NCBI GenBank assembly: GCA_046484135.1 | Contig: JAWOBU010000120.1 | Coordinates: 1-32,565 of the forward strand | Length of the DNA: 32,565 nucleotides | Direction of reading: 5' to 3' | From: a bacterium | GTDB lineage: Bacteria; RBG-13-61-14; DATKZS01 | Part shown: in pieces, positions 26,912 to 32,565 of the stretch | Layout of the letters: the number at the start of each line of letters is the position of its first letter | How positions within the stretch are numbered: position 1 is the first letter of the stretch | Notes under the pieces: generated by a model | What the model was told of the DNA's origin: nothing | What the model saw: the letters and a program-made list of their open reading frames with translations, nothing else | The model's database searches: none | Position numbers and translations under genes: made by a program

Positions 26912-26933
26912 GTGCGAGCGGCGGGAGCCGCGA
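26912..26933 (+). repeat. REP-like palindrome (GTGCGA family)
   Basis: GTGCGA-GCGGC-GGGA-GCCGC-GA; a degenerate GTGGGA-type copy lies at 26989-27013. Confidence 0.75.
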
Positions 26934-27045
26934 TTACTTGGCACCGATAGAGCCGCCGGATGCTTTTGAAAAATTCCGGGTTCTTGCGGCGGGAAGGAGC
27001 TCCCGCTCGTGATCGTAGCTGCCGGGACTCATTGCTGTGGCAGGC

Positions 27046-27381
27046 TTACAAAAAGTTGACCTGGTTTACCTGTTCCCGCGCCAGAAGCTCCTTTCTGATC
27101 TCGTCCTGTTCTTTGTCCGACCTTATCGGCTCGACCAGCGACGTTGTGTTTCCGGACCCGTCCTGCCGGGAGTGCTTCTCCACCAGGTAGCCGGGCACCA
27201 GCACGTAACCGCATCCTCCGGTGCCGCAGCAGGTGGTGTCGAAAAGCGCGGCGCCCAATAGATACAAAACCTCCCGGCCCCCGTACTCCAGCACCTCTTC
27301 TTTCAGGAACCGGTACCTGCCGCCGATGGCCTCGAACTCCTCTTCCAGCGGGAAGTGTTTGAACTCGACGAGATCACTCAT
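27046..27381 (-). CDS. Hypothetical protein with CCGxGGC motif
   Basis: 111 aa, natural composition, DTTCCGTGGC Cys cluster; GGAG RBS. Confidence 0.7.
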   Translation of the reverse strand: MSDLVEFKHFPLEEEFEAIGGRYRFLKEEVLEYGGREVLYLLGAALFDTTCCGTGGCGYVLVPGYLVEKHSRQDGSGNTTSLVEPIRSDKEQDEIRKELLAREQVNQVNFL

Positions 27382-27398
27382 TTTAAAACTCCGGTCAG

Positions 27399-27420
27399 GT
27401 GCGAGCGACTTCAGTCGCGA
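27399..27420 (+). repeat. REP-like palindrome (GTGCGA family)
   Basis: GTGCGA-GCGAC-TTCA-GTCGC-GA. Confidence 0.8.
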
Positions 27421-27473
27421 CAGCTTCGCCGTTTAAACACTCGCCGGCTCAATCCCAAGACAAACGACATGAA

Positions 27474-27695
27474 TCATGCCCCGCTCGAGCCGGATAAATC
27501 CCCGTACTCGAAAGCGAGCCCGCATTTCTTATATAACCCCTTACGCCTGCACTCGAGCTCGCCGCTGCAGTAAAGCGAAGAAAGGCCGGAAGAGACGCCG
27601 CAGGCGCCGCAGCCGTCAATCGCGTAAACCTTGACCACCTCGACCGTGCGGCAAAGCGCAGCGCAATAATGCTCCCGCCTGCGTTCCCTCTCCAT
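27474..27695 (-). CDS. Small Cys-rich hypothetical protein coupled to dgt
   Basis: ATG overlaps the dgt stop (TGATG); 7 Cys in 73 aa. Confidence 0.55.
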   Translation of the reverse strand: MERERRREHYCAALCRTVEVVKVYAIDGCGACGVSSGLSSLYCSGELECRRKGLYKKCGLAFEYGDLSGSSGA

Positions 27696-28771
27696 CACCA
27701 GCTCCAGGGCTTGGGGCGGAAGAGCTCGTCCCAGATGTGGAGCGCGTAGCTGTCGCTCATGCCCGCTATGAAATCGGTAACCTCCCGGGAAAGGCCGTAA
27801 CCAAGCTCGCTCTTGCCGGTGTGCGAAAGTAAAACCTCGGGGTTGTCCATGTAATAGTGATAAAGCTGGTGGATGACGTGCCGCGACTTTTTGAACTCCG
27901 CCTGCACCGGCTCGCTGAAGTACACCGTCTCGAACAGGAAAGCGCGGAGCTTCTCCAGCCCCTCAAGAACGGGAGGGGACATCATGAGGTAAGACTTTCC
28001 CGCACCCGCGGTCTCGTAGATCAGGTCGGAAACCATGGTGTTGATCCGCTGCGAAGTGGTCTCTCCCAGGACCTTCAAACACTCTTTCGGAACGTCCGTG
28101 GTAGTGATAAGACCCGATTCAATGGCGTCCTGCAGGTCGTGGGTGGTATAAGCGACCACGTCCGCCGCCCGGACAACCTTGCCCTCCATGGTGGAGGGAA
28201 AATCAGAGGCCTCGTCTCCCACTATGGCGTAGTCGCGGCCCTTGGAATGTTTCAAGATGCCGTCCCGGACCTCCCAGGTCAGGTTGAGACCACGGCCGCC
28301 CATGGCAAGACGATCAACCACCCGGAGGCTCTGCTCCCAGTGGTTGAAGCCGTCTTCCACCACCTCCTGCAACGCGAACTCACCCGCGTGGCCGAAAGGG
28401 GTGTGCCCCAGGTCATGACCAAGGGCTATGGCCTCGGTCAACTCCTCGTTCAAGTAAAGCGCCTTGGAGATGGTACGAGCGATCTGGCTGACCTCGATGG
28501 TGTGCGTAAGTCGCGTGCGGTAGTGGTCGCCACGCGGAGCAAGGAACACCTGGGTCTTGTGCTTCAACCGACGGAAAGCCTTGCAATGGATGATCCGGTC
28601 CCGGTCGTGCTGAAAAGCCGGACGCACGTGGCACTCGCGCTCCGGCTTCTCCCGGCCCCGCGACTGGTCGCTCTTCGAGGCCGAAGACGAGAGTATCCCG
28701 TGCTCCAGCCGCTCCATCTTCTCCCGGATGGAAAGACTCTCGTCGCTCTTCAATTTCTCCGGATCGAACAT
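27695..28771 (-). CDS. dgt: Deoxyguanosinetriphosphate triphosphohydrolase (HD family)
   Basis: FQHDRDRI.H..AFRRL..KTQV, RTRLTH, GHDLGHTPFGHAGE, AD..AY..HD..D and DFIAGMSD motifs; ATG 28771 with GGAGAG RBS. Confidence 0.95.
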   Translation of the reverse strand: MFDPEKLKSDESLSIREKMERLEHGILSSSASKSDQSRGREKPERECHVRPAFQHDRDRIIHCKAFRRLKHKTQVFLAPRGDHYRTRLTHTIEVSQIARTISKALYLNEELTEAIALGHDLGHTPFGHAGEFALQEVVEDGFNHWEQSLRVVDRLAMGGRGLNLTWEVRDGILKHSKGRDYAIVGDEASDFPSTMEGKVVRAADVVAYTTHDLQDAIESGLITTTDVPKECLKVLGETTSQRINTMVSDLIYETAGAGKSYLMMSPPVLEGLEKLRAFLFETVYFSEPVQAEFKKSRHVIHQLYHYYMDNPEVLLSHTGKSELGYGLSREVTDFIAGMSDSYALHIWDELFRPKPWSW

Positions 28772-28815
28772 GAACTCTCCGCCCTCAAGCGCCCCCTCTG
28801 AAAAATGACTTGCAG

Positions 28816-28869
28816 GTGCGAGCGGCAGAAGCCGCGATTTGAAGCAAGTGCGAGCGGCTTTAGTCGCGA
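28816..28869 (+). repeat. Direct tandem pair of REP-like palindromes (GTGCGA family)
   Basis: GTGCGA-GCGGC-AGAA-GCCGC-GA (28816-28837) and GTGCGA-GCGGC-TTTA-GTCGC-GA (28848-28869). Confidence 0.8.
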
Positions 28870-29132
28870 TCTTGTAATACATGTACGCGCGCCATAAACC
28901 GCTTGAAAAACCGTCTTTGAAACCCGCCCGGAAAAGCTCCCTCACGCCTTTGCGAAAAGCTATTCTAACACGCGACCGGAGGGTGTCAATGCCAAAAGCC
29001 CCGATCTGAGTGCACTCACAGCCGTCCATAAAAAACGGGTTAGGAAAAGATAAAAGATATGATATAATCCGAACAAAGTAGTTCGGGTTTTGCCGGAAAG
29101 ACATGATCCTGTGACTGGTAAGGAGGCCTGCC

Positions 29133-30335
29133 ATGAAGTCATATCCTAAACGTCTTTTAAGCTCTGTTCTCATCATTACGAGCCTTTTCCTTCTCACCGC
29201 TTTTAATCCCAAAGACATCAGGCAGGACGCCTGCCTTTTGCAATCTTATGAAAAAGCGGACTGTTCTGAGTTTGTGGGCAAAGGAGCAGGCAGCGCGGAA
29301 AACGTGATCCTTCTTATCGGCGACGGCATGGGCATCGGCCAGGTTTACGCCGGCCGGGTATACTTGCAAGGCCCGGAGCATCCGCTTAAATGGGAGAAGC
29401 TTCCTCATCGCGGCCAGGTAACCACCTGCGCCATGTACGGCATCACAGACAGCGCCGCGTCCGGGAGCGCCATGGCCACCGGCCATAAGGCCATGACCAC
29501 CACCATTTCCATGGACCATAAAAGAGAGAAACATTACAAGACCATCCTCGAACACGTTCAGGACTACAAGGCCACCGGCCTGGTGACCAACACCAACCTG
29601 TGGGACGCGACCCCAGCGGTCTTTGCCGCCCATTCTCCGTCGCGCTCGAAGTCATTCGACATAGCGCGACAGATGGTAAGCCACGAGGTGGACGTGATGC
29701 TGGGCGGAGGGGCCAACGAGTTTAGCGGCAACGATGAAGTGGGAAACCAGATGGAGCGCGCTCGAGGCATGGGTTACAAGGTGGTTCGCACGAGGGACGA
29801 GCTCAAAGCAGTGGACCCGGCTGTTACCCGCAAGCTCATGGGCATCTTCAAGGGCGGCTCGCTTCGTTTCGAGGTTGACTGGAAGCCCGAGCACAATGAA
29901 CCACACCTCTCGGAGATGGCGCAAAAGGCCCTCGAGGTCCTGGAGAAGGACGAGCGCGGCATGTTCCTCATGATCGAAGGAGCACACATAGACCATGCCT
30001 GCCACAAGGTGTCCATGGACAAGCTGCTCGGACAGATGAAGGAGTTCGACAAGACCGTGAACATGGTCCTGGACTGGCAGGAGGAACATCCCGACACACT
30101 GGTTATCATCACCGCTGACCACGAAACCGGCGGCATAAGGGTCTGGCCCAAGGACTACCGGAAAGGAGACGAGATCAAGGTGTGGTGGACTACCGCCCTG
30201 GTTCCCGGATACGCCGGACACAGCTCTCAGCGGGTCCCCATCTACGCCCGCGGGCCCAACGCCTCCGCGGTCAAAAACCACATGCAGAACACCGAGGTCT
30301 TCTGCCTCATGAAAAACGCGTTTGCCGAACCATAA
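29133..30335 (+). CDS. phoA: Alkaline phosphatase (PhoA family), exported
   Basis: Signal peptide; ILLIGDGMG, TDSAA (catalytic Ser), ATPA, EG..ID...H and TADHETGG motifs; AGGAGG RBS. Confidence 0.92.
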   Translation: MKSYPKRLLSSVLIITSLFLLTAFNPKDIRQDACLLQSYEKADCSEFVGKGAGSAENVILLIGDGMGIGQVYAGRVYLQGPEHPLKWEKLPHRGQVTTCAMYGITDSAASGSAMATGHKAMTTTISMDHKREKHYKTILEHVQDYKATGLVTNTNLWDATPAVFAAHSPSRSKSFDIARQMVSHEVDVMLGGGANEFSGNDEVGNQMERARGMGYKVVRTRDELKAVDPAVTRKLMGIFKGGSLRFEVDWKPEHNEPHLSEMAQKALEVLEKDERGMFLMIEGAHIDHACHKVSMDKLLGQMKEFDKTVNMVLDWQEEHPDTLVIITADHETGGIRVWPKDYRKGDEIKVWWTTALVPGYAGHSSQRVPIYARGPNASAVKNHMQNTEVFCLMKNAFAEP

Positions 30336-30382
30336 AAGAAGGATTCGGCTTTTGTCTTGTTAAGCTTAAACCGACGCATAAT

Positions 30383-30420
30383 GTGCGAGCGACTTTAGTC
30401 GCGACTTTCGTCGCTCGCAC
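30383..30420. repeat. Fused inverted REP pair downstream of phoA
   Basis: GTGCGAGCGAC-TTTAGTCGCGACTTTC-GTCGCTCGCAC: perfect 11-bp outer stem. Confidence 0.8.
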
Positions 30421-30688
30421 GGGAAAATAGATTTTAAGCGACGAAAAACGATTGACACAGCACTGGAATAAAGATAAGAAACTCCTTTTTCCCCGGCTTA
30501 TCTTAATACCCCTCTAAACCCGGCGTGTCGCTTTGCGTTCGCGTTCTCTCTCCGGCCTTGGCCTTTGTCAGGCGAACCCGCCCCTTTTTTACTGGACAAC
30601 AGGCTCTAAATTTGATAGAAGAATCAGGGACGAAACAAAAGACGGCAAAAAGGTTTATCCGTGTACAACTGATCACAGGAGGGAAAAA

Positions 30689-32565
30689 ATGGAAGCGAGG
30701 AACTTAAGGGAAATGCTGGAGCAAAGGGTGGCGGAGACTCCGGACTGGGTGTACCTTGCCTTTTACGGCGAGCACATCACCTACAAGGAGTTTGACGAGA
30801 GGGTGAACCGGCTGGCCAACGCCCTTATCAAGCTGGGAGTGAAGAAGGGACAGGTGGTGTACGTGTATCTCAACAACCGGCCCGAGCATCTGGTCGCCTG
30901 CTTCGCCTGCCTGAAGATCGGAGCGGTGGCCGGGCCGGTGAACGTGCAGCTCCGGCCGGAGGAGCTTCTCTACCAGGTGAACGACTCCCAGGGTGTGGCC
31001 ATCATAACCGAGAGCGCGCTCATAAACGTGGTGGCCGCGGTCCGGGACCGGTTCGAGCACGTGAAGAACGTGATCGAGATCGGCGATGAGGTTTCCGAAG
31101 GCAACCTGAAGTATGAGGACCTGGTAAAGGAAGAAAGCGCCGAGCTCGAGCCCGTGGACATATCAGAGGACGACCTGTCCTTTATCTTCTACACTTCCGG
31201 CACCACCGGCAAGCCCAAGGGCGCGCTTCTGACCCACGGCAACGTGGTCCACACCATGCGGGGCCTCAGAAACGCCCTGACCGCGGAAGGGGAGGACGAC
31301 GAGAGCATCCAGCGAGTCGCGCTCATCTTCCTGCCGCTTTTCCACGTGAACGCCATGATGAGCCTGATCAGCGCTGTCAACCGGGGCCTCAAGGTGGCGC
31401 TCTTGAAAAAGTTCAGCGTCAAGGAGTTCGGACCCACGGTGGAGGCGGAGAGGCCCGAGTTCTTCTCCGCGGTGCCCAAGGTCTACAAGATACTGCTCGA
31501 GGCCAAGGACACGGTCAAGCAGCACGACCTGAGCTCGCTCCGGTTCGGCATCTGCGGGGCCGCTCCCATGCCGGTCGAGACCATCAACCAGTTCGAGAAG
31601 GAGTTCGGGATCGAGATACTGGAAGGCTACGGCCTGACCGAGGCCACGGTGGCGAGCACCCTGCATCGTCGGGGCGGCAAGAAGAAGGTGGGCTCCATCG
31701 GCCAGGCCCTGGAGGGCCAGGAGGTCGCCATTATGGACCCGGAAGGGAACCTGCTCGGCCCCGGCGAGGTGGGCGAGATCGTGATCCGGGGACCGTCGGT
31801 CATGCAGCAGTATTACGGCAAGGATGAAGAGACCAAAGAGACCCTGAAGGACGGCTGGCTCCATACCGGGGACATGGGCAAGATGGACGAGGACGGTTTC
31901 TTCTTCGTGGTTGACCGGGAGAAGGACATGATCATCAAGGGCGGCGAGAACATCTATCCCAAGGAGATCGAGGACGTGATCAGCCAGATACCCAACGTGC
32001 ACGACGTGGCGGTTATCGGGGTCCCCGATGAGATGTCCGGCGAAGATGTCAAAGCTTTTGTGGTTCCCAAGATCGGCACCGAGCTTTCCGAGGATGAGAT
32101 ACTCGAGCACTGCGAGAACAACCTTGCCGAGTTCAAGGTCCCCAAAGAGGTCGAGTTCGTGCTGGGCATTCCGGCCAGCGCCATCGGCAAGGCCCTGAAG
32201 AGGAAGCTCCGGGACGGCGAAGGGATCTTCCGCATGGACGAGAAGGTGGACGAGGTCCCGCTCGACTTTGTGTGGAAAGCCATGGCCGGCAGGTTCAATC
32301 CCGAGAAAGCGGGCAACTGGAAGGCAAAGGTGGCCTATGAAATCTACGGAAAAACCTCGGGGGCGGCAACCTTTGTGATTGATAACGGCCTGATCGAGAT
32401 CAAGCAGGGCAAAGAGCCGGACGCCACCGCAGTGGTCAAGATGACCGACGTGGCCTTGAAAAAGCTGATCGAGGGAAAGATAGACGCCATGACCGGCATC
32501 AACATGGGAATGATCCAGGTGGAAGGATCGGAAGCGGACGTGGCCATGTTCGGCGAGTCCATGGG
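30689..32565 (+). CDS. Long-chain fatty acid-CoA ligase (FadD-like) fused to a C-terminal SCP2 lipid-binding domain; runs off the window
   Basis: Absent from ORF track (no stop in window). AGGAGG RBS, ATG 30689; YTSGTTGKPKG, LPLFHV, EGYGLTE, GWLHTGD, DR.KDMII.GGENIYP.EIE; tail RFNPEKAG...LIEGKIDAMTG..MG.IQVEG is SCP2-like. Confidence 0.9.
   Translation, partial: MEARNLREMLEQRVAETPDWVYLAFYGEHITYKEFDERVNRLANALIKLGVKKGQVVYVYLNNRPEHLVACFACLKIGAVAGPVNVQLRPEELLYQVNDSQGVAIITESALINVVAAVRDRFEHVKNVIEIGDEVSEGNLKYEDLVKEESAELEPVDISEDDLSFIFYTSGTTGKPKGALLTHGNVVHTMRGLRNALTAEGEDDESIQRVALIFLPLFHVNAMMSLISAVNRGLKVALLKKFSVKEFGPTVEAERPEFFSAVPKVYKILLEAKDTVKQHDLSSLRFGICGAAPMPVETINQFEKEFGIEILEGYGLTEATVASTLHRRGGKKKVGSIGQALEGQEVAIMDPEGNLLGPGEVGEIVIRGPSVMQQYYGKDEETKETLKDGWLHTGDMGKMDEDGFFFVVDREKDMIIKGGENIYPKEIEDVISQIPNVHDVAVIGVPDEMSGEDVKAFVVPKIGTELSEDEILEHCENNLAEFKVPKEVEFVLGIPASAIGKALKRKLRDGEGIFRMDEKVDEVPLDFVWKAMAGRFNPEKAGNWKAKVAYEIYGKTSGAATFVIDNGLIEIKQGKEPDATAVVKMTDVALKKLIEGKIDAMTGINMGMIQVEGSEADVAMFGESM

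Noticed and set aside
27695..28771. dGTPase as an anti-phage defence gene
   Set aside because: Short housekeeping-type Dgt in a non-defence neighbourhood.
28772..29218. N-terminal extension of Dgt in the ORF track (similar extensions at 4209, 6656 and 24098)
   Set aside because: The extensions read through REPs, promoters or the neighbouring gene; better RBS-linked starts lie downstream.
23447..30420. Palindromic repeats as a CRISPR array
   Set aside because: Copies are dispersed, variable and not regularly spaced by unique spacers; no cas genes.
30704..32562. Minus-strand ORFs of up to 315 aa
   Set aside because: Antisense shadows of the acyl-CoA ligase on the + strand; the same applies to long antisense and alternate-frame ORFs across the rnf and cytochrome genes, which are expected at high GC.

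Overview
GC-rich, gene-dense chromosomal segment from an anaerobic deltaproteobacterium-like organism (taxonomy inferred from gene content). The centre (8178-19363) is an energy-conservation locus. It starts with a non-canonical rnfCDGEAB: RnfC has lost the NADH/FMN motifs, RnfD has lost the covalent-FMN loop, and RnfB is fused to a GltD/NfnB-type FAD/NAD(P)H domain. An antisense rseC follows, then an Hmc/Hyb-like trio: an 18-heme c3-type cytochrome, a 4Fe-4S protein, and an NrfD/HybB membrane subunit fused to a hexaheme domain. Flanking genes are housekeeping-type: TPR protein, Nudix hydrolase, TlpA-like redoxin, DUF4911, DapA-family lyase, HExxH metalloprotease, GT-C glycosyltransferase, LpoA-like lipoprotein, tRNA-Arg(CCG), CPA2 antiporter, cold-shock protein, dGTPase, alkaline phosphatase and a 3'-truncated acyl-CoA ligase-SCP2 fusion missed by the ORF track. 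Intergenic spaces carry at least three REP/REPIN/MITE-like palindrome families, one with clear stem covariation. The first ~170 bp look foreign: an Actinobacteria-type secY 5' end is joined to a headless carbamoyltransferase tail, most likely an assembly chimera. No CRISPR array, prophage, integrase or transposase is evident. All calls come from motif reading, not database searches.
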